A stretch of 64,000 nt of DNA from an uncultured delta proteobacterium. Lineage in GTDB: Bacteria; Desulfobacterota; Desulfomonilia; UBA1062. The notes under the pieces were generated by a model, which worked only from the letters and a program-made list of their open reading frames with translations, was not told where the DNA came from and searched no databases. Positions 23,671 through 34,808 of this stretch are shown piece by piece. Numbering within the stretch: the first letter of the stretch is position 1; each line of letters begins with the position of its first letter. The stretch spans positions 1 to 64,000 of the forward strand of contig CAVVYZ010000009.1 in NCBI GenBank assembly GCA_963752595.1, written 5' to 3'. The translations under genes and the position numbers were made by a program.

Positions 23671-24927
23671 ATGAAACGCCTCTTGCGGTCATGGGGGCTC
23701 ACCGCGGTCCTGTGTATGATCGTCTGCTTACCCGCAGCAGCACAGGACCTTATACTCAAGGACCTCATCGGCGAGGCCCTGAAAAAAAACCCGGACATCC
23801 GGGTAGCCGAGGCGCGGGCAGCCTCGGCTGCAACGAGAATATCGCAAGAGGCAAGTCTTGCCGACCCTATGCTTTCTGCCGGGTACCAGAACGAGGGTTT
23901 CAAAAAATACACGTATGGCGAATCGCAGTACTCCTGGTGGATGTTCTCCCTGACCCAGACCTTTCCCTTCCCCGGCAAGCGCTCTCTCCAGCGGGAGGCT
24001 GCGGTCTATGAGGCCGAGTCTCAAAAGGCGGCGGCCGAGAGTGTGAAACGGGAGGTCATCGGGAGAGTCAGCCAGGCCTATTACGACCTTGTCCTGGCCG
24101 TCAAAGAGCTCGATATCATCGAGGCCCGCAAACCCCTTGCTGTGAGGCTAGAAGATGCAGCACTGGCGCGCTATTCCACCGGAACCGGCTCGCAGGAAGA
24201 CGTGATCATGGCCCAGGCCGAGAAATACATGCTCATTGAAAACGAGGCCATGGCAAAGGGCAGGAGGGATTCCGCCGAGGCCATGATCAAACGGGAGACA
24301 GGCGACACGAGCACGAATCCCCTGGCCAGGCCGGCCATAGTCCCTCCTTCGGCGTTCGCCTATACCTTGGAAGGGCTGGTCAAGCGGGCAGAGACAAATG
24401 CGCCCGAGCTTTCCGAGCGGCAGCAGATGGTACTCGCAGCGGAGAAGAGGCTTGTCCGGGCGAAAAAGGAGGCATGGCCGGATATCACCCTCATGCCCCA
24501 GTACTTCAATCTCGGAAACGGGATGGAGGACATGTGGGCACTCACGGCGAGCATTCCTCTCCCCATTTTCCACAAGCAGAAACAGGGTGCAGCCATCGCA
24601 GAGTCATCCTGGAACCTCGTCAGCGCGAAGAAGGAGCTTGAGTCTTCGCGTTTCAAAGTCACCTCGGAGATCAGGGACAGCCTTGCCATGATCACTTCAT
24701 CGGAGCGGGTCATGGAGCTTTACCGGAATGCACTGATCCCCAAGGCCAGGCAGAATGTCGATGCAGCCCTGGCCCTGTTCGCATCGGGCCGGATGAATGC
24801 ATCGGAGGCACTCGCGACCCTGAAGGCACCCTTCGATTACGAGCTTAACTCCTGGCAGCAGCAGGTACAGCGGGAAAAAGCCATTGCACGGATCAAGGTC
24901 CTTACCGGGGATTTGGAGGCACAATGA
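23671..24927 (+). CDS. TolC/CusC family outer-membrane efflux protein
   Basis: Signal peptide; ALKKNPDI, LTQTFPFPGKR, two OEP repeats. Confidence 0.9.
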   Translation: MKRLLRSWGLTAVLCMIVCLPAAAQDLILKDLIGEALKKNPDIRVAEARAASAATRISQEASLADPMLSAGYQNEGFKKYTYGESQYSWWMFSLTQTFPFPGKRSLQREAAVYEAESQKAAAESVKREVIGRVSQAYYDLVLAVKELDIIEARKPLAVRLEDAALARYSTGTGSQEDVIMAQAEKYMLIENEAMAKGRRDSAEAMIKRETGDTSTNPLARPAIVPPSAFAYTLEGLVKRAETNAPELSERQQMVLAAEKRLVRAKKEAWPDITLMPQYFNLGNGMEDMWALTASIPLPIFHKQKQGAAIAESSWNLVSAKKELESSRFKVTSEIRDSLAMITSSERVMELYRNALIPKARQNVDAALALFASGRMNASEALATLKAPFDYELNSWQQQVQREKAIARIKVLTGDLEAQ

Positions 24928-26210
24928 AAAACAGGCGTCTGATCGTGGCAATCTCAATCATTGCGGCCTCAGCCGCCCTCCTCATCGCGTTTTTCATTCT
25001 ACAGGGCGGTCACGAGGAAGTGAAGCAGCCCCAAGCCGGCACGCAGGGTGCTCCGCCTGCAGCAACAGGCGCCGGGGAAAGCATGCCGGGGATGCCGGGC
25101 ATGGAGAATACACCCCCACAGGGAGGCGAAACCGAGGAGGAAACCCCGACCGTAGAGATCACCGAGGACATGCAGCACCTGATCGGCGTGAAAACCGCCG
25201 AGGCTTCTCTGAAAGATATGACAAAAACCACCCGCCTGACAGGACGCATCGGGTATGATGAGAAGAATCTCTCCACCGTGAATACCAAGGTCGAGGGCTG
25301 GATCGAGCGGCTCTATGTGGATTATGAAGGGAGATATTTGAAAAAAGGCGAACCGGTCGCCGATATCTATAGCCCTGAGCTCTTCTCTGCCCAGCAGGAG
25401 CTGATCAGTCTCCTCGCCTCGAAGAAGACTCCCGGCAGGACACCGGAGAGCTCGATGATCGACTCGGACTGGAACCGCCTGACCTATGCCGCCAGGAAGC
25501 GGCTCAGGCTCTGGGATATATCGGAGGGCCAGATCAGGCAGATCGAGCGGTCGGGGAAGCCCGTGAAGACGCTCACCCTGTCGAGCCCGGTATCCGGCTA
25601 CGTGGTGAAGAAATATGCAACCAGAGGCGTGAAGGTGATGCCCGGCGAGCCGCTGCTCGACATCGTCAACCTCTCGCAGGTATGGGTCATTGCCGAGGTG
25701 AGCGAGCCTGATGTCGATCTCGTGAAGGTGGGCATGCCGGTGCGGATTACGATTGCCGGACTCCCCGGCCAGGTATTTACCTCCAAAATCGATTATGTCT
25801 ACCCCACCATGAGCGCGGAGACCAGGACTCTGCGGGTTCGGGCAACGCTTCCGAACCCGGACGATATCCTGAAGCCCCAGATGTATGCAGTAGTCGAGAT
25901 AAAGGCGGACCTGGGCAGAAAGCTCCTCGTGCCCCAGGATGCGGTCATCGACACCGGTGAGCGCCAGATCGTCTACGTGGACAGGGGCGAAGGAAACTTC
26001 GAGCCCCGGGTGGTAACCGCGGGCATGCGGTCCGACGGCATGAGGGAGATCATCTCCGGGCTCAAACCCGGGGAGCGCGTCGCATCGTCCGCCCTGTTCC
26101 TCATCGATTCAGAGGCTCAGCTCAAGGGCGTCTCCCCCGCTCCTTCGCAGGGGGCTGCTCCGGCTTCCCCGCAAGGCCAGGTCCCTGAGCATGCCGGGCA
26201 TCAGCACTAA
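24924..26210 (+). CDS. cusB: CusB-type RND periplasmic adaptor
   Basis: GWIERLYVD, IYSPEL, IDYVYP, LKPQMY, FLIDSEAQL; MPGMPGM motif and His-rich tail. Confidence 0.9.
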   Translation: MKNRRLIVAISIIAASAALLIAFFILQGGHEEVKQPQAGTQGAPPAATGAGESMPGMPGMENTPPQGGETEEETPTVEITEDMQHLIGVKTAEASLKDMTKTTRLTGRIGYDEKNLSTVNTKVEGWIERLYVDYEGRYLKKGEPVADIYSPELFSAQQELISLLASKKTPGRTPESSMIDSDWNRLTYAARKRLRLWDISEGQIRQIERSGKPVKTLTLSSPVSGYVVKKYATRGVKVMPGEPLLDIVNLSQVWVIAEVSEPDVDLVKVGMPVRITIAGLPGQVFTSKIDYVYPTMSAETRTLRVRATLPNPDDILKPQMYAVVEIKADLGRKLLVPQDAVIDTGERQIVYVDRGEGNFEPRVVTAGMRSDGMREIISGLKPGERVASSALFLIDSEAQLKGVSPAPSQGAAPASPQGQVPEHAGHQH

Positions 26211-26221
26211 AGGGTCTTTGC

Positions 26222-29200
26222 ATGATAGCAAAAATCATCGAGTGGAGCGCGCGAAACAAGTTCCTCGTCATCCTCCTGACCGCATGTGCCTTAGGCTGGG
26301 GCATCTGGGCCATGTATCGGATGCCGCTCGATGCCATTCCCGATCTCTCCGACACCCAGGTGATCATATACACCGAGTGGCCGGGCCGGAGTCCGGACCT
26401 CATCGAGGACCAGATCACCTACCCCATTTCATCGACCCTGCTCGCTGCCCCGAGAGTCCAGGCCGTCCGGGGATTCTCCTTCCTCGGGTCTTCCTTTATC
26501 TACGTAATCTTCGATGAGGGCACGGACATCTACTGGGCCCGCAGCCGGGTCCTGGAATACATCCAGGCTGTAAAGAACAGGGTTCCATCGGGTGTCAATC
26601 CCGTGCTCGGACCGGATGCAACGAGCCTCGGCTGGGGGTTCTCCTATGTCCTGAAGGACGAGACCGGCCGGCTCAACCTTGCAGACCTCCGCACCATCCA
26701 GGACTACACCATGAAACTCGGCCTGGAAAGCGTGCCGGGCGTCTCCCAGGTAGCCTCCATCGGCGGCTTCGTGAAGCAGTATCAGATCAATGTCGACCCC
26801 GTGAGGCTGAAATCGTACAACATCTCCCTGAACAAGGTCATGGACGCCGTAAGAGCGAGCAACCTCGATGTGGAAGGCAGGCTGCTCGAACTCTCCGGCG
26901 CCGAGTACATGATCCGCGGCAGAGGCTACGTCAAAGGCACAGGGGATCTGGAGAATATCGCCCTGGGCTCGGATGAGAACGGCACACCCATCCTCATGAA
27001 AAACGTGGCGGATGTGCAGGTGGGCCCGGAGATCAGGCGCGGGGTCGCCGATCTCGACGGTAAGGGCGAGGTGGCGGGCGGCATCGTGATCGTGCGCTTC
27101 GGCCAGAACGTGCTCGACGTCATCGAGCGGGTCAAGGAGAAGATCAGCAGCGACATCGCGCCGTCTCTGCCTCCCGGAGTGAAGGTAGTGGTCACCTATG
27201 ACCGATCCGACCTCATCTACCGGAGCATCGACACCCTGAAGCACGAGATCGTCAAGCTCGCCCTGGCGGTGGCTGTTGTGTGCATCGTCTTCCTCTTCCA
27301 CCTGCCCGAGCGCCTTCGTGGTGATCCTGACGCTGCCGGTGGCCATCATCGTGTCGTTCATCCTCATGTACTACCTGGGGATAACCTCGAACATCATGAG
27401 CTTGAGCGGCATCGCCATTGCCATCGGCGCCATGGTGGACGCCTCCATCATCATGGTGGAGAACGCCCACAAGCGGCTCGAGGAGTGGGAGGAATCGGAC
27501 AAGAGCCGGCCCCGTATCGATGTCATCATCGCTGCCGCCAAGGAGGTGGGGCCGTCGCTCTTCTTCTCGCTGCTTGTGATCACGGTGGGATTTCTGCCCA
27601 TATTCACGCTCCAGGCGCAGGCAGGGAGGCTCTTCAAGCCCCTTGCCTTCACCAAGACCTTTGCCATGCTCTTCTCCTCTATCCTGGCCGTCACGCTCAC
27701 GCCGTTGCTCATGACCTTCTTCATTCGGGGAAAGATCCGGCACGAAGACCGCAACCCCATCAGCAGGTTCTTGCGGTGGATCTACCACCCGATCGCTGTA
27801 TTCGTCCTGAAGTTTCCGGTCCTGGTGATTATTGCGGCACTGATCATTATGGCCGTGACCGTATTTCCCATCATGAAGCTCGGTCGCGAGTTCATGCCGC
27901 CTCTGAACGAGGGCACGCTCTTCTACATGCCGGTTACCGCACCGGGCCTTTCCATCTCGGAGGCCAAGAAGCTCCTGATCCTCCAGGATGCCCTCATCAA
28001 GCAGGTGCCCGAGGTGGCGTCGGTCTTCGGCAAGGCCGGCAGGGCCGAGACCCCCACTGACCCGGCACCGCCCGAGATGTTCGAGACCGTCATCAATCTG
28101 AAGCCCGAGAGCCAGTGGCGCCCAGGGGTGACCATCGACAGCATCAAGAACGAGCTCAATGACGCCTTCAGCATCCCGGGGGTGTCGAACTCCTTCACCA
28201 TGCCCATCAAGGCGAGCATCGACATGCTTGCCACGGGCATCAGGACGCCTGTGGGCATCAAGATCCTGGGTCATGACCTGGCTCAGATCGAAAAGATCGG
28301 CATGGAGCTGGAGGCTGCTCTGCGGGATGTCCCAGGAACCCGGAGCGTGTATGCCGAACGCGCCACCACCGGGTACTACATCGATTTCAACGTGAAGCGG
28401 GAGATAATCGCCCGCTACGGCCTGAGCGTGGAGGACGTGCAGAATGTCGTGGAATCGGCCATCGGGGGCATGAACCTCACCACCACGGTAGAGGGCAGAC
28501 AGCGCTTCCCGGTGAACCTACGCTATGCGCGGGAGCTGAGGAACGACATAGAGAAACTGAAAAGCGTCCTCGTGCCTGTCATGGGAAATTCCCCGGCCTC
28601 GGGCGGGGCCGGCATGGGAACAGATTCCGGGCAGGCACAGCAGGCGCCGGCCAGGCTCGCCTGGATACCCTTTCCGAGCTCACCGAAGTGCGGATAGAGC
28701 GCGGGCCGACCATGATCAAGAGCGAACAGGGCCTGCTCACCGCCTATGTGTACATCGACTTACGCCGGCCGGGACATGGGAGGGTATGTCGCGGAAGCCA
28801 AGAAAAAGGCTTCTTCGGTCAAGATCCCGTCCGGCTACCGCCTGGAGTGGAGCGGCGAGTACGAATACCTCCTCAAGACCGAGAAGGCGCTCAAGGTGGT
28901 CATCCCGCTCACGCTGCTCATCATCTTCGTGCTCATCTACCTCAACACCCTCGGTGATCAAGACCATCATCGTGCTGCTGGCCGTGCCGTTCTCGCTCGT
29001 GGGCTCGTTCTGGTTACTCTATCTCCTGGGTTACAACCTGAGCATCGCCGTGTGGGTGGGCATCATCGCGCTCGCCGGGCTCGATGCCGAGACCGGGGTG
29101 ATCATGCTCCTCTACCTCGATCTCGCGTATGACAGATGGAAGGGGGAAGGCAGGCTGAACAACGGGCAAGGATCTCAAGGGCTCCATCATGGACGGTGCG

Positions 29201-29410
29201 GTCAAGCGCATCCGGCCCAAGATCATGACTGTGAGCGTCATCCTGGCGGGCCTTGTGCCCATCATGTTCAGCACCGGCACCGGCGCCGACATCATGAAGC
29301 GCATCGCCGCCCCCATGGTCGGCGGCGTGCTCACCTCCACCATCCTGGAGCTCCTCATCTACCCGAGCATCTACTTCCTGTGGAGAGGGCGTTCACTTAA
29401 AAAAATGTGA
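26222..29410 (+). CDS. cusA: CusA-type heavy-metal (Cu/Ag) RND permease (several frameshifts)
   Basis: [72 protein letters not shown]. Confidence 0.93.
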
Positions 29411-29563
29411 CGAGCTTTTGAGGGCAGGGCCTTTATTACCCTGTCCAATATAAAGTTTATCATTTTTATAATCCTTTGCCGATACGGTCTCAAGGCGGAT
29501 AGAAGCTGGCAGAAGCGCTCAGACAATCGTGCCCGTCATACTCGGAATCGACGTAAGAGGTAG

Positions 29564-31108
29564 ATGATGAAGCTCGGCGGAAAACTTTATCTCGGTTTTG
29601 GTTTAGGACTGGCTGTCATAGTTTTTATCAGCACCTGGATGGTCATGAGCCTGCTTCATAGCAACACAAACATAAGAAGCTTGAACAGCTATATATCTCT
29701 TATGGTGAGCATCAAAGACAAGGAGATCGCCCACCTCGATTGGTTCTCGAAGGCAGAGATGGGCCTTGTCGATGGAGCATCCATGAGCTTGAATGTGGAG
29801 ACCGACCCTCACAAGTGCACGTTCGGTACATGGTATTACGGCGATGAGCGGATAAAAGCGGAAGCAGCCCTTCCTTCGATCCGGCAGCCATTACGGGATA
29901 TCGAAGAGTATCATACCGGGCTTCACCAGTCTGCCGTACGGATCAACGAGGCCCTGGCTTTAGGAAACCGGGACGGGGCTCATCAGATATTCATGGGTGA
30001 AACCGTACCTTCTCTGGCAAAGGTCAGGGAGCATCTCCGAGTGATCAATACACAGGCTCGGGAAGCGCTCACATCCATAGAAAAAGAGGCCGTCAGCGAT
30101 TCCTCGAACATGACGGTCATCATGATCGCTCTCTGCGCGGCTGCCATCTTTATAGGCGCCATCGTTGCGTTCTTCCTCATATCAGGGATCATGAAGCAGC
30201 TGGGGGGAGATCCGTCCGAAGTGGCACGGGCTGCCCTGCTGATCTCGAAGAAGGATCTGACGGTGAATATCGCGTATAATAGAAATGCTCCTAACAGCGC
30301 CCTGGCCGCCATGAGCAGGATGGCGGCTTCCCTGGAGTCTATGATATCCGAGATCATGGTGACTGCGCATGATCTCGTTGAAGCCATCAGCCGGATATCA
30401 AGCGGCAATTCAAGTCTTTCCCAGAGGTCTTCCGAGCAGGCGGCAGCCATCGAGGAAATTGCCGCCACACTTGAACAGACCACATCCATGATAAAACAGA
30501 ATGCCGATAATGCATACCGTGCCCAGGATGTGTCGCTGGGCACATCCCGGATGGCCGAAGAAGGAGGTGCGGTTATTTTTGAGGCAGTAAATTCCATCAA
30601 CGAAGTGAATCAGTCCAGCAAGAAGATTTCAGAGATCATTGCCGTAATCAACGAGATAGCCTTCCAGACCAATCTTCTGGCGCTCAATGCCGCTGTAGAG
30701 GCTGCACGGGCCGGGGAGCAGGGCAAAGGATTTGCCGTTGTGGCCGAAGAGGTCAGGAACCTTGCGCAGAGATCGGGCAATGCGGCCCGGGAGATAAGCT
30801 CACTCATCGAAGATTCCGTGAAAAAGGTGGGGAAAGCCGCGGATCTCGCCAACAAAGGAAGGGATGCGCTTGACGAAATCATCAGGGCGGTGCAGGACAC
30901 CGGAAAGCTGATTTCCGGAGTAGCATCGGCCAGTGAAGAGCAGCTCAAAGGGATCAATCAGATCAATACAGCGGTATCCGAGATCGATTCGCTCACACAG
31001 CAGGACGCTGCACTTGTGGAAGAAACTGCCGCTGCCAGCGAAGAGGTTACCAACCAGGCCGAGAGCATGCTTGTGCAGATAAAGGGTTTCAAGACCCACC
31101 AGGGATAA
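29564..31108 (+). CDS. Methyl-accepting chemotaxis protein with a CZB zinc-binding domain between its two TM helices
   Basis: TM1; HLDW..DPHKCTFGTWYY..EYHTGLH; TM2; signalling domain IAFQTNLLALNAAVEAARAGEQGKGFAVVA. Confidence 0.93.
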   Translation: MMKLGGKLYLGFGLGLAVIVFISTWMVMSLLHSNTNIRSLNSYISLMVSIKDKEIAHLDWFSKAEMGLVDGASMSLNVETDPHKCTFGTWYYGDERIKAEAALPSIRQPLRDIEEYHTGLHQSAVRINEALALGNRDGAHQIFMGETVPSLAKVREHLRVINTQAREALTSIEKEAVSDSSNMTVIMIALCAAAIFIGAIVAFFLISGIMKQLGGDPSEVARAALLISKKDLTVNIAYNRNAPNSALAAMSRMAASLESMISEIMVTAHDLVEAISRISSGNSSLSQRSSEQAAAIEEIAATLEQTTSMIKQNADNAYRAQDVSLGTSRMAEEGGAVIFEAVNSINEVNQSSKKISEIIAVINEIAFQTNLLALNAAVEAARAGEQGKGFAVVAEEVRNLAQRSGNAAREISSLIEDSVKKVGKAADLANKGRDALDEIIRAVQDTGKLISGVASASEEQLKGINQINTAVSEIDSLTQQDAALVEETAAASEEVTNQAESMLVQIKGFKTHQG

Positions 31109-31115
31109 GCGAAAC

Positions 31116-31502
31116 TCAATCGCTATCGACAGGTGCTTTTATCCTCACATCCACCAGGTGGAGGAGAGCAAGGACCGGGTGCCGGAAGATCAGGCGGGGC
31201 CCTGAATATCTCATTACCGAGCGGATGCGTTCTCTCATTTCAGGCTTGTAACAGTGGATCGGACAATAGGCGCATACGGGTTTGTCTTCCTGGTACGGGC
31301 ATCTTTCCAGGCGTGCCAAGGCATAGTCCAGAAGGGTTTTGCATTCCCGACAGGAGCCGGGCTTTGCTCCATGGTGACCGCGGCAATACAGTCCGATCAT
31401 GAATCGGATGGTCTTTTTCTCCCGCGCTATCCTTCTGCTTATTCGAGACATGCAGCTATTCTTTGCGCCGGCAATATCTCCGGCGCTTCTCTTTCGGACC
31501 AT
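31116..31502 (-). CDS. YgbA / nitrous-oxide-stimulated-promoter family protein
   Basis: REKKTI..MI.LYC..H, C..C, YA..RL.RCP, KP.C..C..HCY.P, VMRYSGPR; TGATG overlap with the upstream gene. Confidence 0.85.
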   Translation of the reverse strand: MVRKRSAGDIAGAKNSCMSRISRRIAREKKTIRFMIGLYCRGHHGAKPGSCRECKTLLDYALARLERCPYQEDKPVCAYCPIHCYKPEMRERIRSVMRYSGPRLIFRHPVLALLHLVDVRIKAPVDSD

Positions 31503-32569
31503 CACTCACCGGTCTGTTTATCCTTTAAGTATTCTTCGAAATTTTCACCGTAGATTTCCCAGATCGTCACAAAGAGTGCGGCGATGATGGGCCCGATGAT
31601 GAACCCGACCAGGCCGAACATGCCGATCCCGCCCAGGGTGCTGAAAAAGATCAGCAGCTCGTGCATCTTGATGTCCCTCCCTACGAGCCATGGGCGGAGG
31701 AGATTGTCTATGGTTCCTACAAGCAGGCTCCCGAATATGAGGAGAACGACTGCCTTTACATAAGACCCAGATATAGCAAGGATTATCACGGCAGGAAACC
31801 ATACCCCTGCCGGGCCGATGGCAGGGATGATGGAGAGAAACGTCATGACCGTTCCCCAGAATACGGCGCTGTCTATGCCGATGATCCAGAAGGCCAGGCC
31901 TCCGAGGCTTCCCTGGATGACGCCTATCACCAGGGTTCCCTTGATCGCCGCCCGGGTGACCGAGGTGAATCTTTCCAGGAGACGCTTCTCCACGTCTTCA
32001 GGCAGGGGAAGGTAAAATAAGAACCTGCTCAGAATGGCACGGCCGTCCTGGAGAAAGAAAAACATCGTATAGAGGAATACGAAAAAGAGAAAAATGGAAT
32101 ACAATGTCGTGATGGTAATGGATGAAATGCTGTTGAACAGAAACGTGCTCATGCCCCCGATGAACTGTCCTGCCCTCTGCAGGATGACATTCTGATATTC
32201 AATCAGGTACTCATGGAAAGGCACATGCATGAGCACACTATTGAAAGATGAGGGCTCGTTTATCCAATGCTGTACCCACGGCATAACGGACTGGCTGATG
32301 CTGATCGCCTGTCCGGCAACGATGCCCAGCAACCCTGCCAGCGGCAGGAAGATCATGAGGAAGATAATGAGCAGGGTGATCAGCGAGGCAAGGCTTTTCC
32401 TGCCGTGGAACCATCTTTCAAACGTATGGAAAAGCGGCTGGGCCATGGAGGAGAAGATCCCTGCCAGCAGTATGACCATCAAGAACTGGCGGATCATGGA
32501 TAAAAAAATGGCAGATACGAGCAGTATGATAATCAGTATCGTAATCTTATTCACCAAGGTACGATCCAT
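31502..32569 (-). CDS. AI-2E family transporter
   Basis: Multiple TM segments; FFLQDG, IDNLLRP, FFSTLGG..FG..G.IIGP. Confidence 0.9.
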   Translation of the reverse strand: MDRTLVNKITILIIILLVSAIFLSMIRQFLMVILLAGIFSSMAQPLFHTFERWFHGRKSLASLITLLIIFLMIFLPLAGLLGIVAGQAISISQSVMPWVQHWINEPSSFNSVLMHVPFHEYLIEYQNVILQRAGQFIGGMSTFLFNSISSITITTLYSIFLFFVFLYTMFFFLQDGRAILSRFLFYLPLPEDVEKRLLERFTSVTRAAIKGTLVIGVIQGSLGGLAFWIIGIDSAVFWGTVMTFLSIIPAIGPAGVWFPAVIILAISGSYVKAVVLLIFGSLLVGTIDNLLRPWLVGRDIKMHELLIFFSTLGGIGMFGLVGFIIGPIIAALFVTIWEIYGENFEEYLKDKQTGE

Positions 32570-32769
32570 ATCACCCTCCGGTTCACCGTCAATGAGCCTT
32601 TCTCAATGAAGACAGCCCTGTAGGACCTGTATATCCCACAGTCTGCCGTGTAGAAAAAAACCCTTCCCTAACATTAATGAGCTTGAAGCATCATATCAAT
32701 ATTCCATCTTATTCCCAATATCGAAACATGGGAATAAGATGGAATGCTATTCTTTGTTTTGAATTGCCC

Positions 32770-33897
32770 TTACGGATTTACCGGGGTTTTAACCGGGGCG
32801 GGATCGCTGATCACCGGAAGGGAGGTTTTACTGGTATCCGGGGCTTTGTCCGCAGGAATGACGCCCTTGTTTGCCGCCTTATCAGCCGGGGCAGCGGTAC
32901 GGTCCGGTTCAGTACGTCCGGCCGCACCGGTGTTGTCCTGAGCCTGTCCGCCTTCTCCCTTGTACTTTTCGCCCTCGATGATGAGGTTGTTGTAGATCAT
33001 CAATATGGTGTTCACGTAAATATCATGATGGTTATAGATCCAGATCGCCTGGCGCCTGCGTTTCAGGTCGGCATCCTCTTTCCAGCCGGCCAGCTTCATG
33101 TAGTTGGCGATACTCGCTATGCAGTCATTCATGCTGAAAGGATCCCGCTTCCCGTCATTGTCGCCGTCAGCACCGTATTTGACAAAGGAAGAAGGAATGA
33201 ACTGGGCCGGACCCAGCGCGCCCGCAAAAGAGCCCTTGATACCGATGGGATCTATCCCGAGGCCGTCTGTCAGCTGAAGGAAAGCCGAGAGCTCTTCGAG
33301 GCCCCACTTGCCCTTTGCCCGGGCGGTCTTGAGCGCCTCATCGTTGAGCTTGTATGTACCTCCCTTTGACTGGAGCACCGATTCGAGGTACTCGGCATCG
33401 AGGAGCGTGGTCAGTGCGGCATACACTTGGAATACGTTGTATCTCATGGGGTAGTTGCCGAGCCTTGTCTCCAGGATCAGGATAGCGGTAATGAGCTCCG
33501 GAGAAATCTCATACTTCTCCCATGCAACTTTAAAAGCTTCATGGTTCTCTTCTATGAAGGCCACTCCCCTGGGATAGAACTTCGGGTCTACCTCCATGAC
33601 CTCAGGATTCTTGGCAGATGCTTTCGGCGTTGAGTCGAACAGATTCTTGGTGATGATCCCCGTATTGACGGCAAACCGCGGATCATTGAGCAAGCTGCGG
33701 ACACGCATTCTCTTATGTCCCTTGCTCACGAGCATATTCTCCACGAACACTTTGGGGTCTGCCTTGACGGCTTCCTCCTTGGGTTGAACGGGCTGAGGCA
33801 CAGGGACCGCAACTTTGGTGTGGGAACAGGATGCCAGGATACATACCGTGAAAATGACAATGGGTAAAAAAAATCGAGTTTTGCCGTCTGTCTTCAT
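32770..33897 (-). CDS. mltB: Membrane-bound lytic murein transglycosylase B family lipoprotein
   Basis: Lipobox LASC; AILILETRLG, GSFAGALGPAQFIPSS, DGDNDG..D, SIANY, YNH. Confidence 0.88.
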   Translation of the reverse strand: MKTDGKTRFFLPIVIFTVCILASCSHTKVAVPVPQPVQPKEEAVKADPKVFVENMLVSKGHKRMRVRSLLNDPRFAVNTGIITKNLFDSTPKASAKNPEVMEVDPKFYPRGVAFIEENHEAFKVAWEKYEISPELITAILILETRLGNYPMRYNVFQVYAALTTLLDAEYLESVLQSKGGTYKLNDEALKTARAKGKWGLEELSAFLQLTDGLGIDPIGIKGSFAGALGPAQFIPSSFVKYGADGDNDGKRDPFSMNDCIASIANYMKLAGWKEDADLKRRRQAIWIYNHHDIYVNTILMIYNNLIIEGEKYKGEGGQAQDNTGAAGRTEPDRTAAPADKAANKGVIPADKAPDTSKTSLPVISDPAPVKTPVNP

Positions 33898-34100
33898 GTC
33901 GTCTACTTTCTTTTTAGAGATAATCCTAAAACCTTTGTGCCTGCGATCCTAGCGGATTTCCAGGCCGAGCACAAGGGCTGATCGATACCCGCCCGTGAAG
34001 ACATCCTGTTGCCCGATATCCTTTGTCTTTACGGCGGCGCCCTTGAAAGGGGCGAGGCCAAGTCATATATTTAAGGAAAACAGACCCAGGAGGATTACCC

Positions 34101-34622
34101 ATGATAAAACGAAAACCTATGGCACTTCTTATCGCGGGCATGCTCATGCTGATGATCGCTTCTCCCGCACTGGCCCAGGCCCAGCATGGGCGCGGTATGG
34201 GGTTAGGCCGGGGTCCGGGAAATGCCGGCATGTTCACCCAGCTCACCCCCCAGCAGCAGCAGACTTTGCAGAAGATCCATGACGCACATCAGAATGCCTT
34301 TACAGACATCAGCCGGAAGCTGTGGGCAAAGCAGATTCAGCTCCAGGCTGCGTTTACCGAGGACAAGATAGATGACGGCAAGGTGAAATCCCTGACGAAC
34401 GATATCAACAGGCTCCGTTCGAACCTGTTCGATGAGCAGGTGAAAATGCAGGTGGAGCTCTCCAAGGCAGGCCTTGCCTATTACACCATGAAGGGCGGGA
34501 CGATGGGCCATGGCATAGGGCCGGGCATGATGGGATCAGGCATGATGGGCGGGATGGCAGGCTGTCCGATGATGGGCACTGATGGAGCCGATCCCGGAAC
34601 GGGAAGCACCCCGGCCCAGTAG
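34101..34622 (+). CDS. Spy/CpxP/ZraP family periplasmic protein with Met/Gly-rich tail
   Basis: Signal peptide; QLTPQQQ, coiled helices, GMMGSGMMGGMAGCPMMG. Confidence 0.8.
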   Translation: MIKRKPMALLIAGMLMLMIASPALAQAQHGRGMGLGRGPGNAGMFTQLTPQQQQTLQKIHDAHQNAFTDISRKLWAKQIQLQAAFTEDKIDDGKVKSLTNDINRLRSNLFDEQVKMQVELSKAGLAYYTMKGGTMGHGIGPGMMGSGMMGGMAGCPMMGTDGADPGTGSTPAQ

Positions 34623-34637
34623 AGATCGGCATCGTAT

Positions 34638-34784
34638 AGTGAAGTACCCCTTAAGCCAAGCTGCCGGATTACCCGTTCTTCCTCTCCCGGGGCACCCGCA
34701 TAGCGGGTCTTGAAGAGGATACAGGGGGGGTAAAATAAAAATGCTTTTTGATACCCCGTCTCTTGGCTTAAGGGGTACCTCACT
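34638..34784. repeat. 147-bp intergenic element with 23-bp terminal inverted repeats and internal hairpins (MITE/REP-like or structured RNA)
   Basis: AGTGAAGTACCCCTTAAGCCAAG (34638-34660) and CTTGGCTTAAGGGGTACCTCACT (34762-34784) match with 1 mismatch. Inner stems ACCCGC/GCGGGT and GGGGTA/TACCCC. Confidence 0.75.
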
Positions 34785-34808
34785 GCAGTCCGTTTCCCGA
34801 AGCTTCCC

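Noticed and set aside
26429-28274. Long antisense ORFs opposite cusA (similar ones lie opposite katE, metY and the epimerase)
   Set aside because: Typical shadow ORFs of GC3-rich genes, with no motifs or RBS.
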